This document shows, in pieces, positions 17,911 to 26,288 of a stretch of 64,000 nucleotides of DNA. The DNA comes from a virus (Duplodnaviria > Heunggongvirae > Uroviricota > Caudoviricetes): positions 1 to 64,000 of the IMG/VR virus record IMGVR_UViG_3300005527_000046, one strand, 5' to 3'. Under the pieces are notes generated by a model. It worked only from the letters and a program-made list of their open reading frames with translations. It did no database searches and was not told the DNA's origin. Made by a program: the position numbers and the translations under genes. Numbering within the stretch: position 1 is the first letter of the stretch; every line of letters starts with the position of its first letter.

Positions 17911-18129
17911 ATGAAACAAAAACAAATTTATACTCCAAAGTATTGGATGTTTCATAGTTTATTATCAGATGATGTTTATATTGAAACTGCTTCTAAGAGT
18001 TTAGAAGAGTCTAAGATTAAAGCATCTATTTTATATAAGGAAGAGTATGATCATTATGAAAATCATAATCATACTTGTTTTGAATTTTGTCTGTTTGAAA
18101 TAAAAAATATCGTTGTAAATAAAACCTAA
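17911..18129 (+). CDS. hypothetical small protein
   Basis: ORF track. Confidence 0.35.
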   Translation: MKQKQIYTPKYWMFHSLLSDDVYIETASKSLEESKIKASILYKEEYDHYENHNHTCFEFCLFEIKNIVVNKT

Positions 18130-19346
18130 TGAAAAACAAAAGCAAGGTAACTATTGTTATTGTTAATAATGCTCTAAGACTTCTTGATAACCCTTTGCTA
18201 GAAGACTTAGATGGACAAGTAATATTTGTTTTTGCTCTTACTCCTTATTATTTTAGTGTGGCTCATTATACTAAAATTCCTAGTGTAGGTGAGAATAGAT
18301 TTAAGTATTTATTTGCTTGTTTGGCAAAGTTTAAACAACTTCTTAAGGAGAAATTTAATGCTGATCTATTAGTATTAGAAGGTAGTTATAAGCAAGTTGT
18401 TGATGAGATTGTAAAGACTGCAGGGCATTTTAATCAAATAGAAGTAAGGGTGTTACATCAGCCTTATCAATATGAGATTATGTATGAACAAGAGTTACTA
18501 GATGATCCTTATTACAACTTATTAGCTAATAGAGTTGACATTATTAATGAAGGTATGACTTTAGTTCCTTTTAATATTTTATGTAACTTATATCCACAAT
18601 ATAAAGGAAGATCTTTTAAAGATTTTCACTTTGCTTGTTTGAGAGAACAACATCATATTAAATTTGTTGATATTAGTAACATTAATGTTATTCCTGTCAG
18701 TGTTGATATAAAGTCAATAGAAGGAGATGCAGATTGTAATAACTTCTATTATGATATGAAAGGTATAGAGAACTACAAAGACAATAAGTCAGCCATCACA
18801 GGTGCAAGCACTACAAAGATAGAAGCTGCTCTTTCTCTAGGTACTATGTCTAAAAAAATAGCTTATGGTCTTGCTTTAAACTATAAAACTAGTGATAGTG
18901 ATAAAGGTGAATTTATTAGATCCCTTTTATGGGGCGACTATTGTTACATTATTGCTGAGTTTGAAGGTAATAAAATATTCTACAAAGACGGCCTAAGTAA
19001 GAATATAAATAAAACTAAAATTGAACCACTACCAGACTTTATTAAAGGCACTGGAACTGAAGTTAAGTTCTATAATAAAGCAATGGGTAAGCTTAGATCT
19101 GAAGGTTATTTACCTAATAGAGTAAGAATTATTCTTGGTTATTATGTTATTAAAGTTTTAAAATATTCTCCTTTAGCTTTGGCTGAATACTTTGAGCATT
19201 ACTTAATTGGTTTTAATAATGCAAATAACTGGATTGGCGCTCACTCTTGTAATGGCACAGGAGTAGATACCATTCCTGGAGGTAGACCTTTTAATATTAA
19301 AAGACAATTAGATGATTGGGATTTAAATAAGGAGTACCTTAGATGA
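18129..19346 (+). CDS. DNA photolyase / cryptochrome family protein (short form)
   Basis: N-terminal IVIVNNALRLLDNPLL resembles the photolyase WFRRDLRLxDNPAL motif; C-terminal LIGFNNANNWIGAHSCNGTGVDTIPGGRPFNIKRQLDDWD resembles the FAD-binding domain signature (D-x-D-x-A-x-N-x-G-x-WQW...FR.FNP). Confidence 0.5.
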   Translation: MKNKSKVTIVIVNNALRLLDNPLLEDLDGQVIFVFALTPYYFSVAHYTKIPSVGENRFKYLFACLAKFKQLLKEKFNADLLVLEGSYKQVVDEIVKTAGHFNQIEVRVLHQPYQYEIMYEQELLDDPYYNLLANRVDIINEGMTLVPFNILCNLYPQYKGRSFKDFHFACLREQHHIKFVDISNINVIPVSVDIKSIEGDADCNNFYYDMKGIENYKDNKSAITGASTTKIEAALSLGTMSKKIAYGLALNYKTSDSDKGEFIRSLLWGDYCYIIAEFEGNKIFYKDGLSKNINKTKIEPLPDFIKGTGTEVKFYNKAMGKLRSEGYLPNRVRIILGYYVIKVLKYSPLALAEYFEHYLIGFNNANNWIGAHSCNGTGVDTIPGGRPFNIKRQLDDWDLNKEYLR

Positions 19347-19650
19347 TTATTGATTGGTTTATTGGAATTAGTTTTGTTTTAATTTTAGGTTATATTTTAC
19401 TTAAGATATTTGAATAATGAGTAATGAAGCAAAACAATTTCTTTTATATGTAGCGGGTTATTTATATAACCTTACAGATAATCATGAAGGCATGGGTAGA
19501 GAATGGCATATATAACAGAACATGATGGTGATTGTACTCAAAAGCCTTGGTCTTGTTGGCGCTGTTTTTGTTTTATAGAAAGTTACTTAGAAAAGCTTCA
19601 AATATTATTAAAAGGCGAGCTTTAGAAGATCACTTAAAAGGGTTAGAAGA

Positions 19651-20193
19651 ATGACAAACATTAGTCAATATGATATAGAATTAACAGCTAATACATGTGG
19701 TGTTTGTGCTTCTAAGAGAGCATTTAATATAGCTAGCTTATATTATCCTAAATCAGTATTAGAGTTATGTGTTGGTCCTTCTTTACCTGTATTAGCACAT
19801 CATTATAGAGATTATAATATTCTTACTACTGGTAATGATATTGATAAAAAGTATTTAAAACAATCTCCAAATAATATGTTAATTGGAGATTGCTTTTCTA
19901 TTAATTATAATCCCTATGATGTTGTTGTATTTGCTCCACCTTTATCTAAAGGTTGTAGTGGTAAAAGAGAAGACAGTTTAAGTATTAATCAAGTCACTCC
20001 TAGTTATTATGACTTTATAAAGCTAAGAAAAGAGAAGGCAGTATTAGTATTGCCTGGGAGATCTAAGGCTACAAAACAAGACAGAGAGCAATATTATACA
20101 TTAATTACACAATTGTATTATCACAATATTAATTTTATAGTGGTGCCTCTAATAAACAAAGTTGTTAAGTATTATGATGTGTATTTAATTTGA
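19651..20193 (+). CDS. hypothetical protein (weak methyltransferase-like motifs LELCVGPS and VFAPPLS)
   Basis: ORF track; motif resemblance only. Confidence 0.35.
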   Translation: MTNISQYDIELTANTCGVCASKRAFNIASLYYPKSVLELCVGPSLPVLAHHYRDYNILTTGNDIDKKYLKQSPNNMLIGDCFSINYNPYDVVVFAPPLSKGCSGKREDSLSINQVTPSYYDFIKLRKEKAVLVLPGRSKATKQDREQYYTLITQLYYHNINFIVVPLINKVVKYYDVYLI

Positions 20194-20205
20194 AGGATAT
20201 TAGTA

Positions 20206-20847
20206 ATGTATAAATCAAAAAGATATAGACAAAGACATAGAGTTGCTAAACTTTATACTTGTAAGAAGCATTGGCAATTAGATAAGTTATTAGATAGTTT
20301 TAGTAACATTGAAGATTTAGTGTTGGATGATTCTAGAGAGAATAGTTATGACATCTATCTTAACAATGCTATAGCTAAACTTAAACCTTTTCTACCCTTT
20401 ATGATTAGATATTATGAGCTTAGATTATTACCTAAAGAAAGAGACTATAGAAGTGGCTTTGAAACCTATGATTATGTTAGTAACTATTCTATTCTGTCTA
20501 ACCTAGAATATATAAGTGATAGATGGTGTGCTGCATTTAGACTTAGATGGTTGATTAATCTAATTGATAAAGACTATACATATAAAGGTAAAGAACTAAT
20601 CTATGAGTATGATAAAGTTATATCAGATAATAAGTATGGTTGTTGGAAAAGTGACATTACAAAAGCACCTATTGGTAAGTTTGTAATTGTAAGTTTAACT
20701 GATAGAGTTGGTTTCTATGTTGCTAAGAAAAGAAAAGATGGCACTTTTATAACTAAGGATGTAAATACAAAATGTAAAGTTGTATTATCAAATGTTAAAG
20801 AGTGGCTGTTTCCAAGATATAAAATCAATAGTTATTATGATAGATAA
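20206..20847 (+). CDS. hypothetical protein
   Basis: ORF track. Confidence 0.5.
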   Translation: MYKSKRYRQRHRVAKLYTCKKHWQLDKLLDSFSNIEDLVLDDSRENSYDIYLNNAIAKLKPFLPFMIRYYELRLLPKERDYRSGFETYDYVSNYSILSNLEYISDRWCAAFRLRWLINLIDKDYTYKGKELIYEYDKVISDNKYGCWKSDITKAPIGKFVIVSLTDRVGFYVAKKRKDGTFITKDVNTKCKVVLSNVKEWLFPRYKINSYYDR

Positions 20848-21196
20848 AGACATATTAGAACATTTACTGCAAGTTAATACTCCTATAATTATGTGCACAT
20901 TGCAGGAGTTTAGACAACAGGTTGTACAATATAACTGGCTCTTTGATAGAGAGCTTAATAAAGTGTTTATAGACCTACCAATTGGCTCACATGAATGTAC
21001 TTTAGCTCTATTACAAATAGGTTATACTAAGCCTAAAGATATACATTGGATTGACTGGATTGATTTATTTGATCTTAACTTTGGGCCTCTTGCTGAGAAG
21101 TGGTTAAAACAAAATAGAGGAGCTTATATGACTTCTGTTAATGGTGATGTTGTTGGTAAATTAAGTGCTATAGAGAGAAGAATATTATGCTGTTAA
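20780..21196 (+). CDS. hypothetical protein
   Basis: ORF track. Confidence 0.45.
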   Translation: MYYQMLKSGCFQDIKSIVIMIDKDILEHLLQVNTPIIMCTLQEFRQQVVQYNWLFDRELNKVFIDLPIGSHECTLALLQIGYTKPKDIHWIDWIDLFDLNFGPLAEKWLKQNRGAYMTSVNGDVVGKLSAIERRILCC

Positions 21197-21513
21197 ATGT
21201 AAATAAACAGTTTGTAAAAGAATTAGAAGAGGCTTTAGAGTTAACTCTTTCAGGCCATCTTAAAGGTTATTATATTTTTGAAGATCTTAACAAAGTATTA
21301 TTAGAAAGGATTTATTACGATAATAATGTTATGCATAGAACCATTGCTGTAGTAGAAAAAAGAGCTACTGAATATTTACCTCCATTTAAAGTAATTTTTA
21401 ATAATACTTTTTTATCTAATCCTGTTTGTAGTTGGATTGAATCATTATCAATCAAAGAACATATAGAGTTAATTCAATATGTATTAAGTAAAATTGGTAC
21501 GAAGTATTATTAA
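21187..21513 (+). CDS. hypothetical protein
   Basis: ORF track. Confidence 0.45.
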   Translation: MLLNVNKQFVKELEEALELTLSGHLKGYYIFEDLNKVLLERIYYDNNVMHRTIAVVEKRATEYLPPFKVIFNNTFLSNPVCSWIESLSIKEHIELIQYVLSKIGTKYY

Positions 21514-21838
21514 TATGACAACAGTTGAATTTAATGAGAAGTATGCAGCCTATTTACCTGAAGGTTGGTATGGTTTAGACATTAATGATGAAGAGGTTAT
21601 TGCATGGCTTGATAATTTATTTGAACATTATTTAACTAAAATTGAAGGCTTTGAATATCATCAAATTAAAACTAAATTTGGCATTAATGATATTAGATTT
21701 TATAGTAATTTAGATCATAGTAGTGTTATACAAAAGGCTTTAATATCAGCAATTGAAGCTAATATTAGTTCTATATTAAAACTAAAGCGTTCACAGATTA
21801 CAACAGATAAAATTATTAAAGAATTATTAAAGAGTTAA
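21494..21838 (+). CDS. hypothetical protein
   Basis: ORF track. Confidence 0.45.
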   Translation: MVRSIINMTTVEFNEKYAAYLPEGWYGLDINDEEVIAWLDNLFEHYLTKIEGFEYHQIKTKFGINDIRFYSNLDHSSVIQKALISAIEANISSILKLKRSQITTDKIIKELLKS

Positions 21839-22050
21839 AAGTTAATTGTATAAATTAGGTCAGCTTTTAGGAAGAATATTAACTGCAAGTGTATTAACTT
21901 ATTGTATCTTATGGATTGCTAGTAATATATTTAATCTAGTATTTCCATTTTGGTCCTTCTTCTATGTTTGTTTTATCATTGCATTTATACTTTGGTATTA
22001 AGTGCAATCACAAGTTAAGTATATAAATAAGAATAAATAAATAAATTAAT

Positions 22051-24261
22051 ATGTCTAAAAAATTATCATTTGAATCATTTGCATCATTGATTAGAGAACA
22101 GTTTGCTCTAATGTGTAAGACTGGTAAATTGTTTGTATCATCTGTTAGTGGTGATGCTTTATGGAATTTATACTTAAAGTCATTTGCACCAGAAGATGAT
22201 CCAGTATTTAGAGATCCAAATAGTTCTAGTAACAATTGCAATAGAGATCATCATTTTATTAAAACTTATGGCAATATTGTTGCCATAGATGATAACAATG
22301 AAATAGTTACAATGTTTGACATTGATGTTGAAGATAGTAGTTATCACAATTCTGTCTTTAAAGTTAGAAATGCTTTAAAAGGTGCATCTATTAGTAGCGT
22401 ATTTGCTATTCACTACGATGATCTTGTAAAGCAGCCTTATGAAAAGATTAAGAAGAATGCTGATACATTTCAACTTGGTTATAAGCTATCTACTAAACAG
22501 TACACACCAGAAGAAGTAGCTAAGTATGGTGTTGTTGTAGAGAATAAAGTATATACATTTTATCACTTTTATACTAACTTGCCTAAGCAGTATGTACTTA
22601 CTGGTAATGAGTCTATTGGTACTTATCTAAGTAAGAGGAACAGCACTCATCAAGTGTTTGTTAAGGGTTTATCTATTCCACTTGAAACGCTGCAAGTTGT
22701 ATCAGAACTAATGGCACAAGGCTCCCTATTAAGGGCTGATTTGTATAAGTACAAAGTAGATGAGTTTATTAATATTAAACAAGAGTATGACAGCTTAGAA
22801 GGTTCTACTTTAAATAAGGATAACTGGACTTGGAAGAGGTTTAGTGATATTCCTTTTGCTGGCTTTGCTAATGAGTTAGTTGGTACAACTTGTCTTGATC
22901 TTGCAGAGGGTAAAGACATTAATGTTGTGCAGAAGGAGTTTAACTTTAGAGTTGATCCTGCTAATCATATGAAAGCAAAGGTTGCTGTAACTGAAAGACA
23001 GAAGCAAGATGCTGCTAATAAGATTGTTGAGTTGGGTTATGAAGATTCATTTAAGAGGCGCTTTGCTACATTAGAAGATGCTCTTAATGGTAGTATCAAT
23101 GAAGTAAGTCATATTAATATTAGTAAGAAGAAGGCTCCAGCTTCTAACTTATTTGCTAATGTTAAAACTGTTAATAGTGGCACCTTATCTAGACACAAGA
23201 AGGCTGAATTTGATGCTATAGAGACTGTTGACATTCAAACATTCATTGATAGTATATTACCTAATAGTAAGTCTATTGCAATCTTCTTAGAAAATGGCTT
23301 TGGCAATAATCTAGTAACACTAACAACTGCAATTGATCCTACTTGTAAGAATCCTTTTAAATGGAAGGATAATATGTTCAGTTGGACTTATAATGGTAAC
23401 TTAGCTGGTAGAAGTAACTTAACTCAAGCAGTTATTAGTAAAGGTGGTAGAGTTGATGGTGTTTTTAGGTTTACTCATAGTTGGAATGAACTAGAACCTA
23501 ATGATAGTCTTATGGATTTGCATGTATTTATGCCTGGTAATAGGGGCCCTTCTGCTAAAGTCTGTGATAACTATGGGGATTCTACTAATAGAGTTGGTTG
23601 GAATAGAAGAAATGATCCTACAAGTGGTGGTGTGCAAGATGTAGACTATACTTCTGCTGCTCCTGCTGGCTATATCCCTGTTGAGAATATTACATTTCCT
23701 TCTATGGATAAACTAAAAGATGGAAAGTATAAATGTAAGATTCATAACTGGAGTAAGAGAAGAAGCTATGGTAGAGGTAAAGCTGAGATTGCATTTAATG
23801 ATAAGTTGTATGAATACATTTATCCTGCTACTGGTCATAAAGAATGGGTTGATGTTGCTACTGTTACTCTAAGTAATAGTCAATGGTCAATTGAGCATCA
23901 CTTAGAACCAGTTGCATCTAGCTCTAAAACTATGTGGGGTCTTGATTCTAATCAATTCCACAAAGTAAATCTAATCTCACTATCACCTAACTATTGGGGT
24001 GAAAATAGGGTAGGTATTAAGCATTACTTCTTCTTTTTAGATGGGTGTCATTCAGATAGTCCAATGAGATCCTTTCATATTGAAAACTTGAATGGTGAGC
24101 TTCTAGCACATAGAAAAGTGTTAGAGATTTATGGTATGACTGATAAGTTGGAGCCAACTACTAAACAGTTAGCAGGATTAGGCTTTACTGATGATAGTAA
24201 AGAAACTCTTATTGTTAAAGTTGAAGGCAGCTTTAAAAGGACTGTAAGAGTTAAGTTTTAA
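22051..24261 (+). CDS. large hypothetical protein (736 aa)
   Basis: ORF track; no recognisable catalytic motif found by eye. Confidence 0.55.
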   Translation: MSKKLSFESFASLIREQFALMCKTGKLFVSSVSGDALWNLYLKSFAPEDDPVFRDPNSSSNNCNRDHHFIKTYGNIVAIDDNNEIVTMFDIDVEDSSYHNSVFKVRNALKGASISSVFAIHYDDLVKQPYEKIKKNADTFQLGYKLSTKQYTPEEVAKYGVVVENKVYTFYHFYTNLPKQYVLTGNESIGTYLSKRNSTHQVFVKGLSIPLETLQVVSELMAQGSLLRADLYKYKVDEFINIKQEYDSLEGSTLNKDNWTWKRFSDIPFAGFANELVGTTCLDLAEGKDINVVQKEFNFRVDPANHMKAKVAVTERQKQDAANKIVELGYEDSFKRRFATLEDALNGSINEVSHINISKKKAPASNLFANVKTVNSGTLSRHKKAEFDAIETVDIQTFIDSILPNSKSIAIFLENGFGNNLVTLTTAIDPTCKNPFKWKDNMFSWTYNGNLAGRSNLTQAVISKGGRVDGVFRFTHSWNELEPNDSLMDLHVFMPGNRGPSAKVCDNYGDSTNRVGWNRRNDPTSGGVQDVDYTSAAPAGYIPVENITFPSMDKLKDGKYKCKIHNWSKRRSYGRGKAEIAFNDKLYEYIYPATGHKEWVDVATVTLSNSQWSIEHHLEPVASSSKTMWGLDSNQFHKVNLISLSPNYWGENRVGIKHYFFFLDGCHSDSPMRSFHIENLNGELLAHRKVLEIYGMTDKLEPTTKQLAGLGFTDDSKETLIVKVEGSFKRTVRVKF

Positions 24262-24375
24262 GTTATAATGTATGTGGTTGTAATCTGTTTTACAACTACT
24301 ACATTTAAGTTTGAAAGCTTAATAGATAAACACAAACAAAACAATAATTAAACAAAAAGGAACAATAATAATAAT

Positions 24376-24804
24376 ATGTCTGATTTATTTGTACAAGGTA
24401 TTAGAAGTAAGGTAAGATTTCAACTTCCTCAAGGTGAGCTTACAATGGAACAACTGTTTGATCTTAAGCCTATTAAGAGTAGAACAGAGAAGAATGAAGA
24501 TGGCACTCCTAAAGTAATTGATGTTCTTGCTGATTATGAAGCTGAACTACAAAATGAAGTAGAATCTTTTGCTAAGATTACTAGAAGAGGTTCTAGTACT
24601 AGAAGTGCTGCCCAAAATGCAACTCAATTGAAGCTATCAATTGTCACTGCTATTCTTGATATTAGAGACAGTGAAGCAGAAGAAGCTGCTACTAAAGCTG
24701 CTGTTAGAGCACATAATGCAGAGATTGATGAACAACTTGCTGAGCTTGATAGAAAAGACAGAGCTAATCTTACCAGAGAACAATTGCTTGCCATGAGAAA
24801 GTAA
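24376..24804 (+). CDS. hypothetical protein
   Basis: ORF track; followed by a terminator hairpin. Confidence 0.5.
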   Translation: MSDLFVQGIRSKVRFQLPQGELTMEQLFDLKPIKSRTEKNEDGTPKVIDVLADYEAELQNEVESFAKITRRGSSTRSAAQNATQLKLSIVTAILDIRDSEAEEAATKAAVRAHNAEIDEQLAELDRKDRANLTREQLLAMRK

Positions 24805-24831
24805 TAGTACTTTCTAATCTATATAAACAAT

Positions 24832-24870
24832 AAGGACTAAACTGTAATATACTTAGTCCTTTTGTTTATT
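24832..24870 (+). terminator. rho-independent terminator (stem AAGGACTAA/TTAGTCCTT, 12-nt loop, T-rich tail)
   Basis: 9-bp perfect stem followed by TTGTTTATT. Confidence 0.5.
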
Positions 24871-24903
24871 ATTTAATAATGTTGTTATAAGAAGAGTTTT
24901 AAT

Positions 24904-24975
24904 ATGACCAAGCCATTTAGTATTGTATGTGAAGATTATACTGTTTATATGATGGTGGGACCATCAAATTGTGGT
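24904..24975 (+). CDS. pnkp: Pnkp exon 1: N-terminal 24 codons ending in the first half of the kinase P-loop (MTKPFSIVCEDYTVYMMVGPSNCG)
   Basis: Short ORF ending in G-P-S-N-C-G; joining to 26289 recreates GPSNCGKS (Walker A GxxxxGK[ST]); exon ends in T as required for group I 5' splice sites. Confidence 0.5.
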
Positions 24976-26288
24976 AGTACAAATTTTGCCTAGTTTTATA
25001 TGTTAATTTTAGAGTAAACTACTTTTATAAATTATTATAAAAGTAGTTATGACATACTCTCAAGAATTAAGAAATATAGCTTTAGAAATGTATCAATCCG
25101 GAATTAGTTCAAGCAATATAGCTAATGAATTAAATATAAATCCTAGAACCGTTTTAAACTGGATACCTAAAGAACTTATAAGATCTATAATACCTCCTTA
25201 TTCTAAAGAAGTAATAGATAAAGTTTTAGATATGTATAATTCAGGCTTAAGTGCTAATAATATAGCAATTAAATTAGGATTAAATAAAAAAACCGTTCTA
25301 AGATGGATTCCTAAAAACCTTAAAAGATCTGTAAAGGATTATGATTTAGGTTATGAAAGAAACCATAACTTTTTTAGAGATATTAAATCTGAACAACAAG
25401 CTTATTTTTTAGGCTTAATAACCGCAGATGGAAGTATATCTAAAACAGGAACATTAGGCTTAGAATTAAAGCATTCTGATGGTTATTTAATAGAAAAATT
25501 TAGAGATCTTTTATCTCCTAATGCTAAAATAAGTTTTTCATCTAGAACTAAAGTATATAAAGGAAATTCTATAATAAGTGAAACTAGCTATCTTAAAATC
25601 ACTTCTAGACATTATTTAGAAGATTTAGCAAGATATGATATTGTTCCTAATAAAACTTATCTAGATATAAGATTACCTATTTTTGATTCAAATTTAATGA
25701 ATCATTATATAAGAGGTTTATTTGATGGAGATGGAAGTGTTTATACTCGTAGTAAATATAAATCTTTATTAACTGTTACTTTTGTTGGTGGAGAGCTTTT
25801 ATTAAATCAAGTAAAAGACTATTTAAAATTAAATTTAGATCTAAAAGGAAATCTTAATATAAGAGCAAGACAAACTAATTGTTTTGATTTTTCTTTAACT
25901 ACTCAAGAAGATATACATAAGTTTAAAGAATACATCTATAAAGATGCAACTATATTTCTTAAAAGAAAACATGCAAAATTTTATAATGAAATTATTGCCA
26001 CATAAGTCTGTGAATTGCTGGGATAACTTGAAGGTTAATTAACTACAACATAATTAGTAATAATAAGTGTGAATGTTTAAAAATAATTAATTATAAGTCA
26101 ATCAGCAGCCAAGTGTCCTAGTAATAGGATAAAGGTTCAACGCATAGTACATGGAGTCCTATTTATATAGGATAGTAAAGTACCAAGAGTGCAGACTACT
26201 AGTTAAACTTAACTGGTAAAGATATATGCTGGACTACTAAGTGATTAGTAGAACTAAGGGATAAAAAGCCTTTAGGTTAACAAAATTG
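24976..26288 (+). mobile_element. candidate group I intron carrying a LAGLIDADG homing-endonuclease ORF, inserted in the Pnkp P-loop codons
   Basis: Last exon base U, last intron base G (26288); GC-rich structured 3' part (26006-26288) with GACUA-type and AAGAUAUA-type core-like elements; internal ORF 25049..26005. Confidence 0.5.
25049..26005 (+). CDS. LAGLIDADG homing endonuclease with two N-terminal HTH repeats
   Basis: Two LAGLIDADG motifs (YFLGLITADGSI and IRGLFDGDGSVY); duplicated N-terminal module (SxISSSNIANELNINPRTVLNWIPK / LSANNIAIKLGLNKKTVLRWIPK). Confidence 0.75.
   Translation: MTYSQELRNIALEMYQSGISSSNIANELNINPRTVLNWIPKELIRSIIPPYSKEVIDKVLDMYNSGLSANNIAIKLGLNKKTVLRWIPKNLKRSVKDYDLGYERNHNFFRDIKSEQQAYFLGLITADGSISKTGTLGLELKHSDGYLIEKFRDLLSPNAKISFSSRTKVYKGNSIISETSYLKITSRHYLEDLARYDIVPNKTYLDIRLPIFDSNLMNHYIRGLFDGDGSVYTRSKYKSLLTVTFVGGELLLNQVKDYLKLNLDLKGNLNIRARQTNCFDFSLTTQEDIHKFKEYIYKDATIFLKRKHAKFYNEIIAT

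Noticed and set aside
26286-26288. TTG as the start codon of the large Pnkp ORF
   Set aside because: No RBS. The ORF lacks the kinase P-loop, which is encoded 1.3 kb upstream. The G of this TTG fits better as the terminal G of an intron.
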